From positions 1-60,520 of the IMG/VR virus record IMGVR_UViG_3300042507_002862: 60,520 nt of DNA. One strand, given 5' to 3'. The translations under genes and the position numbers were made by a program. Source of the DNA: a virus. Lineage: Duplodnaviria; Caudoviricetes. Below the pieces are notes generated by a model, which saw nothing but the letters and a program-made list of their open reading frames with translations, had not been told where the DNA came from and did not search any database. Below are positions 43,719-53,167 of the stretch, piece after piece. The stretch's first letter is position 1, and every line of letters begins with the position of its first letter.

Positions 43719-44032
43719 GCGATTATTCAATGCCGACCGCAGAGCTTGGCGACTGGGTGTTCTTCCGTGCCCATGAAGGTGCCGATCCCGTCCCGGCCAT
43801 GGTGACCAGGGCTAGCCAGCGCACCCTGACGCTGTGGGCTCTGGCCCCCGGGTACGGCGGGACTGAGAAGCATTCGGTCCACCATGTCACCGACCCCGGC
43901 GTGAATGAATTCCCGGCCTGGAAGGAATACGGATTCTGGGAACACAAGCCCCAGAAGAACGCCATTCTGTCCGAGAAAGTGGCGCTTCTGGAACGGAAAG
44001 TCGCAGAACTGGAAGCCCGAAAAGGCAAGTAA
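43715..44032 (+). CDS. Hypothetical protein
   Basis: 105 aa; SH3-like region plus C-terminal coiled coil. Confidence 0.7.
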   Translation: MSDYSMPTAELGDWVFFRAHEGADPVPAMVTRASQRTLTLWALAPGYGGTEKHSVHHVTDPGVNEFPAWKEYGFWEHKPQKNAILSEKVALLERKVAELEARKGK

Positions 44033-44048
44033 GGACACTTGCTAATAG
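44033..44048 (+). promoter_or_regulatory. Putative phage late promoter GGACACT-N6-TAG
   Basis: Intergenic, directly before the portal RBS. Confidence 0.55.
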
Positions 44049-44057
44049 GAGCCTTTC

Positions 44058-46046
44058 ATGGAAAAACCCCTGCGTCCGATAGTCGCCCGCTGGCTTGAGT
44101 GCATTAAGCAAGCGCAGGCCCACAAGCGCCCCTTTTCTGAGGACGCAGATGAGGCGATGAACTTCTTTGCGGGCGACCCGGACTTCATGTGGCGGGACGG
44201 GTACGCCCGCGGGGAGAGGGGTTACAACAAGGGCATGACGCCCCCGGCGTTCAGAATGCAGGTCAACCGCGTGTGGGAGGCCGTCCGCCTCTTTACCGCG
44301 GTGATCCACCATCGGAATCCCAATCGCTCGGTGACTCCCAAAGAGTACCCGATCATCGGGGCAGCACTCCTTGGCATCCAGCCGCAGCCTCCAGTGCCGG
44401 CCATGGGGCCTGACGGCCAGCCCATCATTGGCCCCGATGGTCAGCCGGTGATGATGCCGGACCCCGGGATGATGGCGTACCAGCAGGGCCTGCAAAACCA
44501 GCAGATGATGCTGGAGCGCCGGAAGCTGGTGTCCAGCCTGTTGGAAGACTATCTCAACTATACCCCCAACGAGCTAGACCTAAAGAAGCATTCTCGGAAG
44601 GTGGTTGAGGAAGCGTTCATCAAGGGTGCGGGTGTGTGGTGGCATGAGCTTTATTCTCCGCCTGGCTCGCAGGTGAAGATGGCCGGCAGTTTCTACGACA
44701 CCATCGACAACTTGGTGTGGGATCCCGATGCCGATGAGTTTGAGGACATCCGCTGGGCCGCACGCAAACGGGTCCAGCCGTTGGACGAGGTGGCTGAGAA
44801 GTTCGGCCTGTCCCGCGAGGATCTGAAGGGGCACATCGAAAGCTACTCGTCCCGCGGCGACAACAACGAGCGCGGCTTTGAATACAAGAAGAAGATGGGG
44901 AAGACGAACGACCTCATCGTCTACTGGGAAATCTATTCCAAGACCGGGTTTGGTGATCGGCTGAAGAACTCCGACCAAGACCTCCGCGGCAAGTTCGACG
45001 CCTTCGGACCCAACTGCTACATCGTTGTGGCGGAGGGTGTTGACTTCCCGCTGAACATGCCGGAAGCCATGCTGCAGGAAGAAGTGGACGAGACGGGTGT
45101 CCCCCAGTCGATGTTCATGGCGGCTCAGTGGCCGATCCCGTTCTGGGCAGAACCGGGCGGCTGGCCGTTCACTCCGCTCGTCTGGCACGGCAAGCCCGGC
45201 TACAGCTGGCCGATCTCCATCATTCGTCCCGGCATCGGTGAGCTTCGGTTCATTAACTGGGCGATGAGCTTCCTGGCCACGCGCATCGCCACTAGCGCGC
45301 AGGTACTGATCGGTGTAGCAAAGTCGGCCGACCCCGATCTGAAAGCCAAGATCCTAGAGAAGGACGAGGGCGGCTTTAAGATCGTAGAAATCTCCGAAGC
45401 CATCGGCCGGTCGGTCAACGATGTGATCTCGGTCTTCCAGATGCCGGGTGTCACATCGGACATGTACAACATCATCTCTGAGGTCACGGCGCTGTTCGAC
45501 CGGCGAGTGGGTTTGACAGAACTCATTTATGGCATGACCAGAAATCAGTTCCGGTCAGCTGCAGAAGCGCAGGTGAAGGCAGAGCAAATTTCGGTCAGGC
45601 CAGACGATTACGCAAATATCCTGGAAGACGCTCTGTCGTTGGTGGCTCGCAAGGAAGCTCTCCTTGCCCGCTGGTTGATTGGCCCGCAGGACGTTGCGCC
45701 GCTCTTGGGCCCGATGGCTGCACAGGCGTGGCAGATGCACGTTCAGGGCGAAGACCCGGATTCCGTGGTGCGCGAGTATTCGTACCGCGTTGAAGCTGGG
45801 TCGGTCAAGAAGCCCAACAACGCCACGCGCATTGAGAACATTACCAATGCGATGCAGATCCTGGCTCCGATCAGTCAGGGCCTGCTGCAGGCCGGACGGC
45901 CAGAACTGTTCAACGCCCTGCTGGAGGATTGGGGCAAGGCGATGAACGTGGACGTGTCCCGATACATGGTTCCGCCGCCGCCGCCTCCTGCCCCTCCGCA
46001 GGACGCCCCTCCCCCCGAAGGACAGCCCAATGGAAATCCCAGCTGA
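44058..46046 (+). CDS. Portal protein
   Basis: 662 aa after TerL; podovirus-type features (DPDA, SAAEAQ, Pro-rich tail). Confidence 0.85.
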   Translation: MEKPLRPIVARWLECIKQAQAHKRPFSEDADEAMNFFAGDPDFMWRDGYARGERGYNKGMTPPAFRMQVNRVWEAVRLFTAVIHHRNPNRSVTPKEYPIIGAALLGIQPQPPVPAMGPDGQPIIGPDGQPVMMPDPGMMAYQQGLQNQQMMLERRKLVSSLLEDYLNYTPNELDLKKHSRKVVEEAFIKGAGVWWHELYSPPGSQVKMAGSFYDTIDNLVWDPDADEFEDIRWAARKRVQPLDEVAEKFGLSREDLKGHIESYSSRGDNNERGFEYKKKMGKTNDLIVYWEIYSKTGFGDRLKNSDQDLRGKFDAFGPNCYIVVAEGVDFPLNMPEAMLQEEVDETGVPQSMFMAAQWPIPFWAEPGGWPFTPLVWHGKPGYSWPISIIRPGIGELRFINWAMSFLATRIATSAQVLIGVAKSADPDLKAKILEKDEGGFKIVEISEAIGRSVNDVISVFQMPGVTSDMYNIISEVTALFDRRVGLTELIYGMTRNQFRSAAEAQVKAEQISVRPDDYANILEDALSLVARKEALLARWLIGPQDVAPLLGPMAAQAWQMHVQGEDPDSVVREYSYRVEAGSVKKPNNATRIENITNAMQILAPISQGLLQAGRPELFNALLEDWGKAMNVDVSRYMVPPPPPPAPPQDAPPPEGQPNGNPS

Positions 46047-46563
46047 CGTGAAGCGCGCCGGCGCTGACGCTATTGCCGCCTACAAGCGCGCCCTACCCTA
46101 CGGCGAGAAGTGGGCTGCGATGGTCGCCACGCAAACTCCACCTGGAACGTCTGGCACCGACCGGGCGTTCATGGAGCGCCGCATGAACAACCAGCAGCTG
46201 GATGACATGCCTCCTCGCCAAGCCAAGTACGTGGCGGCTGAAACCAAGAAGGCCGGCATCAACATCTCTGGCAAGCATTACGTTGGCGGGCTGGCAGATA
46301 ACCGCGGCTGGAGAGATCCAGAGGCGTGGGTGTCGAACAACGATGACATCCTGAAGGTCGCCCACAAGCGCCGCCTGTCTGTGACCGGCACGGTGAACTA
46401 TGACCCGGGCCCGGCGGATCCGAAGCGCAAGCTCATCAGTGAAAAGATTGTCCGCGAGGAAGTGGCCAAGGCCAAGCGGCAGAACCCGTCCGCAAAGACG
46501 AGTGACCTGCGCGAGAAGGTGATTGAGAAGCATGCCTACCGTGCCAAGGGGAGGGGCGTGTGA
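46030..46563 (+). CDS. Hypothetical protein
   Basis: 177 aa. Confidence 0.7.
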   Translation: MEIPADVKRAGADAIAAYKRALPYGEKWAAMVATQTPPGTSGTDRAFMERRMNNQQLDDMPPRQAKYVAAETKKAGINISGKHYVGGLADNRGWRDPEAWVSNNDDILKVAHKRRLSVTGTVNYDPGPADPKRKLISEKIVREEVAKAKRQNPSAKTSDLREKVIEKHAYRAKGRGV

Positions 46564-46916
46564 GCTACAGGCTCGTTCAGTTCCGGCGCGGTACAGCCGC
46601 AGAGTGGGCTGCAACCAACCCGATCCTTGCGGCCGGCGAGATGGGGTATGAGCGGGATGTGCCGCTTAGTGACCCCTCGTCCACGGACACTTTCAGTTAC
46701 ACGGACCCGGCCTTTGGTTCTGGTGCCATCAAAATTGGCGACGGCGTGACGAGGTGGGCCGACTTGCCGTACCTACTCAACGCTCTGAGATTCTCGCTCC
46801 CATCGTCCAGCGACGTGGAAGTAACGGACATCAAGACTGGCGATGTGTTGCGCTGGTCAAACGGCAAGTGGCGCAATTACGCGGAAACGCAACTTTTAGA
46901 CGGGGGTAACTTCTGA
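46560..46916 (+). CDS. Fibre-associated protein with an Mtd_N-like N-terminus
   Basis: QFRRGTAAEW...NPILAAGE.GYE...KIGDG; ends in LLDGGNF. Confidence 0.75.
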   Translation: MSYRLVQFRRGTAAEWAATNPILAAGEMGYERDVPLSDPSSTDTFSYTDPAFGSGAIKIGDGVTRWADLPYLLNALRFSLPSSSDVEVTDIKTGDVLRWSNGKWRNYAETQLLDGGNF

Positions 46917-47683
46917 TGGCAACAGTACGCATTAAGCGACGGGCAAGTGGCGGTGGCGCTGGGGCTCCCAGTAGCCTGGCCAACGCAGAATTGGCCTACA
47001 ATGAGCAGACGAATATTTTGTATTACGGCACGGGCACGGGCGGCGCCGGCGGAACGGCGACGAGCATCATCGCCGTCGGCGGCAGTGGCGCGTACGCAAC
47101 GACTTCGTACGTTGACTCGGCCGTGTCAAATGTCAACGTCAGTTCGCAGCTGGCAAACTATGCGCTTCTGTCTGGGGCATCGTTCTCTGGCAACGTGGTG
47201 GTAGGCGGCAACCTGACGGTCAACGGTACGACCACCACCATCAACAGCACCACGGTTAGCGTCGATGACATCAACGTCATCCTTGGCGATACCGCATCTC
47301 CTTCGGACGCCACCTCAGACGGCGGCGGCATCACGCTCAAAGGCAACAGCGACAAGACGCTGAGTTGGGTCAGCGCAACCGGAGCTTGGACGAGCAACCA
47401 GGACTTCAACCTCCTGACCGGCAAGGTGTATGAGATCAACGGATCCACTGTTCTCTCTGCAACCACGCTCGGCTCTGGCGTCACCGGCTCCAGCCTGACC
47501 AGCGTTGGCACCATCAGCAGCGGCACATGGCAGGGCACGTCTGTTGCTGTGGGATACGGGGGCACGGGTCTGACTTCTGCCGTGTCAGGGCTCCTGAAGG
47601 GTAATGGCACAGCGTATTCCGCAGCGGTGGCCGGCACGGATTATTTGGCACCTAGCTCCGACATCGACGGCGGAACCTACTGA
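46916..47683 (+). CDS. Tail/head fibre protein
   Basis: IKRR..LANAELAYN; GNLTVNGTTTTINST; ends in IDGGTY. Confidence 0.75.
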   Translation: MATVRIKRRASGGGAGAPSSLANAELAYNEQTNILYYGTGTGGAGGTATSIIAVGGSGAYATTSYVDSAVSNVNVSSQLANYALLSGASFSGNVVVGGNLTVNGTTTTINSTTVSVDDINVILGDTASPSDATSDGGGITLKGNSDKTLSWVSATGAWTSNQDFNLLTGKVYEINGSTVLSATTLGSGVTGSSLTSVGTISSGTWQGTSVAVGYGGTGLTSAVSGLLKGNGTAYSAAVAGTDYLAPSSDIDGGTY

Positions 47684-48021
47684 TGCCTCGCGGCAACAAG
47701 ATCACCATTCGCACTGGCTCGGCCTCCCCGGTGGCGGCGGACTTTGCCACCAGCGAACCGGCGTGGGACTCCGCGGCTGGCAAGCTGTGGATCAAGAACG
47801 CATCGGGCAGCATGGTGGAAGTGGGCGGTTCGTCGCTCTCGGTGCATTCTTCGGTGGCAAACTTCCCGGCGACAGGTTCGGAAACAACGCTGTATCTGGA
47901 CGAATCTAAATCTCGTCTCTTTCAGTGGGAATCGCCCGTCTACGTAGAGGTCGGCGTCTCGGGTGGCGGTGGTGGCGGTTCGTCTGCATCTAGCTACGGC
48001 TCCAACCTTCTTTTTGGGTGA
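47683..48021 (+). CDS. Short fibre-associated protein
   Basis: 112 aa; FP.TG..TLY module. Confidence 0.65.
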   Translation: MPRGNKITIRTGSASPVAADFATSEPAWDSAAGKLWIKNASGSMVEVGGSSLSVHSSVANFPATGSETTLYLDESKSRLFQWESPVYVEVGVSGGGGGGSSASSYGSNLLFG

Positions 48022-48024
48022 ACA

Positions 48025-48396
48025 ATGGCAGCGCCAAACCTCAACGCACCAACGACCATAACCGGCAAGGCCACCTACCTAACGCTGGCGAATACGACGG
48101 AGACGGACCTGCTCGTCAACGCTGCTTCCAGCGGGAAGGCTCTCCGGGTGACGATGGTGACGCTCGCCAACATCGACGGCACGAGCAGTGTCGATGCCAC
48201 GGTGAGAATCTACAACGCAGCATCCGGCGGCACAGGGTTCGCGTTGGCATCGACGGTGACGATCCCTGCGGACGCGACTGTCGTGCTGCTTGGGCGTGAC
48301 TCGTCCGTATGGCTGGAGGAGGATCGACGGCTGACGGTGACGGCGAGTGCGGGCGGCGACCTGGCGGTGGTCTGCTCCTACGAGGAGGTCAGCTAG
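48025..48396 (+). CDS. Putative virion structural protein
   Basis: 123 aa, beta-rich; MAAPN...SYEEVS. Confidence 0.7.
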   Translation: MAAPNLNAPTTITGKATYLTLANTTETDLLVNAASSGKALRVTMVTLANIDGTSSVDATVRIYNAASGGTGFALASTVTIPADATVVLLGRDSSVWLEEDRRLTVTASAGGDLAVVCSYEEVS

Positions 48397-49244
48397 TGGG
48401 GCTTCAGCGCGGCGGCGGATGCATTGGCAGGAGAGTCGTTCCGACTGCGACCAGCGCGAGCGGCGTGTGGAGTATTACGGAACTAGAGTCGGCTGCTCGC
48501 GATGGAATCTGGCCGCTAACAATCGCGTCTCCCTCTGCACTACCAGGCCTACAGCTATGGTTAGACGGATCGGACGCCGGAAGTTTGTACGACGCCACCA
48601 GTGGCGGTTCTCTTGCTGCTGCGGACGGTGCCGTGGCGAGGTGGGAGGACAAGTCTGGCAACGCTAGGCACTTCACGCAGGCGACCAGCGGAATACAGCC
48701 GCTGAGAAAAACGAACGTCAAGAACGGTCTGTCGGCCGTAGAGTTTACTGGCGACTGGATGAGCGGCACCTATACATACACAATCGGCACAATTTTTGTG
48801 GTGTGGAATCAACCGACTACAAGGTCCGATTTCACGTCAGTGGTAAGCGCTCGCACGTCTGGTTCTTCAAAGGTCGCAAACGGCTCGCTCAACTACAACC
48901 TTAACACGCCGTCCGTCGATACCGTGGCAGTGGACTCTAATCCCGGTAGTGTCACGGCTGTGGCGTATAGGCTGAATAGAGTTGCGATTACCAGCGCAAA
49001 CTTTGTCAACTTTGCTACTGGCGTGTCTGCGCGTACTTCGCCAGACAGGTGGCAACACACTAGCGCATCATTTACGGCAGTCACTGGAAGCAAGCCAATA
49101 GTCCTCGGTGCCGACTCGTTTGGCTCTACCGGCCGCACTATGAATAACGGGCACATTGGCGAGGTGATTGCCTACTCGGGCACGCTCACGGCTGGGCAGG
49201 CGATAGCCGTGGAAACGTACCTAGTGAATAAATGGGGGCTGTGA
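48396..49244 (+). CDS. Lectin/LamG-like receptor-binding protein
   Basis: LQLWLDGSD..WEDKSGN..GHIGEVIAY..YL.NKW. Confidence 0.7.
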   Translation: MGLQRGGGCIGRRVVPTATSASGVWSITELESAARDGIWPLTIASPSALPGLQLWLDGSDAGSLYDATSGGSLAAADGAVARWEDKSGNARHFTQATSGIQPLRKTNVKNGLSAVEFTGDWMSGTYTYTIGTIFVVWNQPTTRSDFTSVVSARTSGSSKVANGSLNYNLNTPSVDTVAVDSNPGSVTAVAYRLNRVAITSANFVNFATGVSARTSPDRWQHTSASFTAVTGSKPIVLGADSFGSTGRTMNNGHIGEVIAYSGTLTAGQAIAVETYLVNKWGL

Positions 49245-49702
49245 TGATCTACCGCAACCTTTCCACCGGTCGCATTGAGCCATTGCCGTGGCGTGTCCGC
49301 ATGCCAGACGGCAGCACTCGCACCGATCCCGATCAGTGGGCAAGCCACCCCGAAGTTCTCGCTGCGGCGGGCTTTGTTGAGACGGTGCGGACGCCAGAGG
49401 ATGACATCGTGCCACCAGAGCCTACGCCTGCGACAGTGTCAGCACGCCAGATACGCCTCTGGTTAATTCGTCAGGGCGTGCCGATGGCGGCAGTCGATGC
49501 TGCTATCGACGCAATCACCGACGAGCTAAAGCGAGATTCAGTGCGAGTCGAATGGGAGTACGCGCCCTATGTAGAGCGGTCGCACCCGATGCTGATTCCG
49601 TTGGCTGCGGCTCTCGGGCTGACCGAGCAGGAAGTCGATCAGGCGTTTGCCGAGGCTGCGCAGATCGACGAGGCGACGGGAACGTGGGCGGAGGGACAAT
49701 AG
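49244..49702 (+). CDS. Putative fibre assembly/chaperone protein
   Basis: VSARQIRLWL...EWEYA...R.HP...LGLT..EVD. Confidence 0.6.
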   Translation: MIYRNLSTGRIEPLPWRVRMPDGSTRTDPDQWASHPEVLAAAGFVETVRTPEDDIVPPEPTPATVSARQIRLWLIRQGVPMAAVDAAIDAITDELKRDSVRVEWEYAPYVERSHPMLIPLAAALGLTEQEVDQAFAEAAQIDEATGTWAEGQ

Positions 49703-49709
49703 TCTTTAG
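49694..49709 (+). promoter_or_regulatory. Putative phage late promoter GGACAAT-N6-TAG
   Basis: 20 nt before ATG 49730. Confidence 0.4.
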
Positions 49710-49729
49710 GCCCATTTCGCAGGACTTTC

Positions 49730-50647
49730 ATGCCGCCCCCCCGACTGAAACGTAGCAATACCGCAAACGCCGTTCCCGCCTCGCTGGAGGACGGGGAGGT
49801 GGCCGTGAACCAGGCGGACGGTCGCCTGTTCTACAGGACAGTTGCCGGGGGCGTTTCCGCGCTTGCGGTGTCCTCTTCCGCTCACTCTCACGGCAACATC
49901 ACCGGCGCGGGGGCGATTGGCACCACGGCCGGACTGCTCGTCATCACTGGGGGCAGCGGTGTTCTGACAACCTCCGCTACGATCTCTGCTTCTCAGGTGA
50001 CCGGGCTGGCCGCGGTATGCAGCACTAACAGCTACACCGACCTCATCGACAAGCCATCGATCCCCGCCGCGTACACGTTGCCCACAGCGTCCGGCTCCGT
50101 GACGGGCGGCGTCCGAATTGGCTCTGGAATCAGCATCGACGCGAATGGCGTCATTTCCGCATCGGTCGGATACACCCTGCCAGCTGCAACCTCCTCAACT
50201 CTTGGCGGTTGTATTGTCGGCACCGGAATCTCCGTATCGTCTGGCACCATCAGTGTGTCATACGGAACAACCGCTGGCACGGCCTGCCAAGGAAATGATT
50301 CGCGTCTGTCTGATGCGCGCACGCCGGCCTCGCACGTTCACGGCAACATCAGCAGTCAGGGCGCGATTGGCATCACCGCCGGGCAGCTTGTGGTCACTGG
50401 TGCGAGCGGCGTGCTGACTACCGCTGCGACGATTGCGGCAAGTGCCGTGGCTGGACTGGCCACTGTCGCCACCAGCGGCAGCTATGCCGATCTGTCGAAT
50501 AGGCCGGCTTCTTCACTCGTTGAAGCGACCACGGCGGCGGGCTTCCCGGCGGCGGGGGCCAGCCAGACGCTGTACATCAGCCGTGACTACAGCCGCGTGT
50601 ACAGATGGGATTCGTCGGGCGCAGTGTACATCGAACTAGGGAACTAA
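49730..50647 (+). CDS. Tail fibre protein with internal repeats
   Basis: LKRS..L.DGEVAVN anchor; two HxHGNI...SY.DL..P repeats; two YTLP.A..GG repeats. Confidence 0.75.
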   Translation: MPPPRLKRSNTANAVPASLEDGEVAVNQADGRLFYRTVAGGVSALAVSSSAHSHGNITGAGAIGTTAGLLVITGGSGVLTTSATISASQVTGLAAVCSTNSYTDLIDKPSIPAAYTLPTASGSVTGGVRIGSGISIDANGVISASVGYTLPAATSSTLGGCIVGTGISVSSGTISVSYGTTAGTACQGNDSRLSDARTPASHVHGNISSQGAIGITAGQLVVTGASGVLTTAATIAASAVAGLATVATSGSYADLSNRPASSLVEATTAAGFPAAGASQTLYISRDYSRVYRWDSSGAVYIELGN

Positions 50648-50651
50648 CACC

Positions 50652-51902
50652 ATGCCATTCTCATTTCCATCATCGCCCACCGTGGGCCAGACCTCCACGC
50701 AAAACGGAAGAAGCTACACCTACGCTGGCGGATCGGTGTGGGAACTGACGCCAGCGAGCGGCGGCGGCGGCTCCGATTCTCGCTGGGATTTGTTTTTGCC
50801 GCCTGCGCCGACAAGCGTCACGGCGGGCGGATTCGACGGTCAGGCCGTAGTGCAGTGGACTGCGCCAACGGTTCTTTCGCAGACTCCGATCACAGACTAC
50901 ACGTTGCAGTTCCGTCAGGGCAGCGGCGCTTGGACAACCTTCACACGATCTGCCTCGACCGCGACGAGCGCAACGGTGACGCAGCTTCAAAACGGCGCGG
51001 ACTACACGTTTCGCGTCGCAGCGGTGAACGGCGTGGGCACTGGTGCTTATTCGGCGGCGAGTAGTTCCGTGACGCCCAATTCCGGCGTGGCCGTAACCTA
51101 CTTGCTCGTCGGCGGTGGCGGCGGTGGTGGTGATGGTCGCGGTGGCGGTGGCGGTGCTGGTGGATACTTGTACGGATCAGGGATTGCCGCCCTCGCCAGT
51201 TCGCTGTCGGTTGTTGTCGGCGCTGGTGGCAGCAACAGCACGAACGGCGAAAACTCCACTTTCGCGATTTCGTCGGGGTCGCTGACTGCCCTCGGGGGGG
51301 GCGGCGGCGCGGACGGCCTTAAGGGGCTGTTTACCGGTTCTGGCGAGGCGGGTGGTTCTGGCGGCTCCGGCGGCGGCGGTAGCGGATATCCGCCTGTCGG
51401 CGATGGCGGCAGCGGCAGTCAAGGCTACGCCGGCGGTAGCGGCTATGGCTTAGGGGAGCCATACAACGGCGGCAGCGGCGGTGGCGCAGGCGGCGCTGGC
51501 AGTACCGGCCACACGGCACCGGGCGGTCCCGGCAGGAGTAACGAGTCTGACTTCCTTGCTGCCGCTAACGCCGGCGTAGATGTAAGCGGAACAAGATACA
51601 TCGCTGCTGGCGGCTCTGGTGGCTCTTACGGGCCGACACCGGGCAGCGGTGGCGTCGGTGGCGGCGGCGCAGGTGGCAACTCAGGGGCACAAGGCAGCAG
51701 CGGCGCTGCGTTCACTGGCTCTGGCGGCGGCGGCGGCGGCAACGGAGCAAACGGCGGCTCTGGCGGCTCTGGCGTGGTGATCCTGCGAATCCCAACCACG
51801 CACACCGCGACAACCACAGGATCGCCTGACATTTATGTGACCGGCGGATACCGCTATTACAAGTTCACGCAAAACGGAACCATTCAATTCTCCGTCGCAT
51901 GA
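50652..51902 (+). CDS. Fn3 plus glycine-rich domain virion protein
   Basis: One Fn3 domain followed by YLLVGGGG...GGSGVVILR. Confidence 0.8.
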   Translation: MPFSFPSSPTVGQTSTQNGRSYTYAGGSVWELTPASGGGGSDSRWDLFLPPAPTSVTAGGFDGQAVVQWTAPTVLSQTPITDYTLQFRQGSGAWTTFTRSASTATSATVTQLQNGADYTFRVAAVNGVGTGAYSAASSSVTPNSGVAVTYLLVGGGGGGGDGRGGGGGAGGYLYGSGIAALASSLSVVVGAGGSNSTNGENSTFAISSGSLTALGGGGGADGLKGLFTGSGEAGGSGGSGGGGSGYPPVGDGGSGSQGYAGGSGYGLGEPYNGGSGGGAGGAGSTGHTAPGGPGRSNESDFLAAANAGVDVSGTRYIAAGGSGGSYGPTPGSGGVGGGGAGGNSGAQGSSGAAFTGSGGGGGGNGANGGSGGSGVVILRIPTTHTATTTGSPDIYVTGGYRYYKFTQNGTIQFSVA

Positions 51903-52027
51903 GAGACTCCATCTACCTCGGCGCTCTCCTAACAGCCGCAGCGTCCGCGCTGCTGCTTTCGGCTCGCGCGGGGCAGGCAGCGATGCGGTGGGCGATTGGC
52001 AAAGTGATCGTAAATACTCTCGGGTAA
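51899..52027 (+). CDS. 42-aa hydrophobic peptide
   Basis: MRDSIYLGALLTAAASALLL...; ATGA-coupled and fills the gap. Confidence 0.45.
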   Translation: MRDSIYLGALLTAAASALLLSARAGQAAMRWAIGKVIVNTLG

Positions 52028-52030
52028 AAC

Positions 52031-53167
52031 ATGCTGACCTACTTCGACGCCGTTGAGCATTTGATCACCAGCAGCTTTGGTGGTCCGCAGGACGCAGAGC
52101 AGGCCGACATTCGCACGTCCATCCAGCGAGCGTATAGCGAAATCTCCACGCTCCGTGACTGGAACTACTACCAGACCCACGGGCGCATCAAGTTCTCCAT
52201 CAACTGGAATGGAACCGTCACCTACAGCCAGAACACAAGGTTCTTTGACTTGGCATCTGGTGACGCATTTCCGAATAATTCGGTGTTGTGTCGCATGCGC
52301 CTCAACAACACGGTCGCCAAGATTGCCACCCGCGTAAGCAGCACCCGCCTGCTGTGCGACCCGATCCTCACGCCATCTAGCGATCTGGTAAGCCCGACCG
52401 CGGCAACGCTGTACCAGGACACCTTCCCACTGCCGTCTGATTTCCGGTCCTTGGATTCGCCCATTGACCATGTGGCATGGACGCGATTCATCTACGTGTC
52501 GGCCGACCAAGCGATGAAGCTGGAGAATGCGAACAACCTCGCGGGCCCTCCTCATGCGTGGACGGTGATCAAGGATCCGCAGGGAACGGGGTGGGCGATT
52601 AAGGTCATCGGCTATCCGGTGGCAAACTCTAATCTGGACTTCACCTACCGGCGCCTTCCGCGGCGGTTGAGGATCTCTGGGCATGAGGCTAGTTCGCGGC
52701 AAGGCACTGTCACTGTGTCTGGGGTGGAGGTCACGGGAACTGGCACGGCGTTCTCGGCGGCTATGGTGGGGTCTGTGCTTCGCCTGGGAACGTCCGCGGA
52801 CTTCCCTGGAAGCGACGGCTCCATGGCGCCCTACCAAGGAGAGGCCGTCATTGCGGCTGTGTCTAGCGCCACGTCTTGCACTCTGGCCACGCCCCTCACG
52901 GCCACGGGGGTTAAGTACCTCATTACCGACATAGTGGACATGCCCACCGGAATGCACAACGGGTTCCTGTCCTGCTCAGCGTACTGGCTGGCTCGCACGC
53001 GGAACGCCAAGCCTGACAACGCCTTCGCCATGTACCAGCGCGACCTTCGTCTGGCCATGGAGTCGGACGCGCTGACGCCATTCCAGCAACCGCAGCGAGT
53101 CATCTTTGACGCCATGGCATGGCGGACACCCTTGCAGTCCGACAACTTCGACGGTGGCAACCCGTGA
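52031..53167 (+). CDS. Putative head-tail adaptor / tail tubular protein A-like
   Basis: 378 aa; W.Y, LPSDF and helical C-terminus; position before the nozzle. Confidence 0.6.
   Translation: MLTYFDAVEHLITSSFGGPQDAEQADIRTSIQRAYSEISTLRDWNYYQTHGRIKFSINWNGTVTYSQNTRFFDLASGDAFPNNSVLCRMRLNNTVAKIATRVSSTRLLCDPILTPSSDLVSPTAATLYQDTFPLPSDFRSLDSPIDHVAWTRFIYVSADQAMKLENANNLAGPPHAWTVIKDPQGTGWAIKVIGYPVANSNLDFTYRRLPRRLRISGHEASSRQGTVTVSGVEVTGTGTAFSAAMVGSVLRLGTSADFPGSDGSMAPYQGEAVIAAVSSATSCTLATPLTATGVKYLITDIVDMPTGMHNGFLSCSAYWLARTRNAKPDNAFAMYQRDLRLAMESDALTPFQQPQRVIFDAMAWRTPLQSDNFDGGNP

Noticed and set aside
46560-46916. Mtd_N-like domain as evidence of Bordetella-type tropism switching
   Set aside because: Only the N-terminal anchor module is present, with no C-type-lectin variable region, template repeat or reverse transcriptase.
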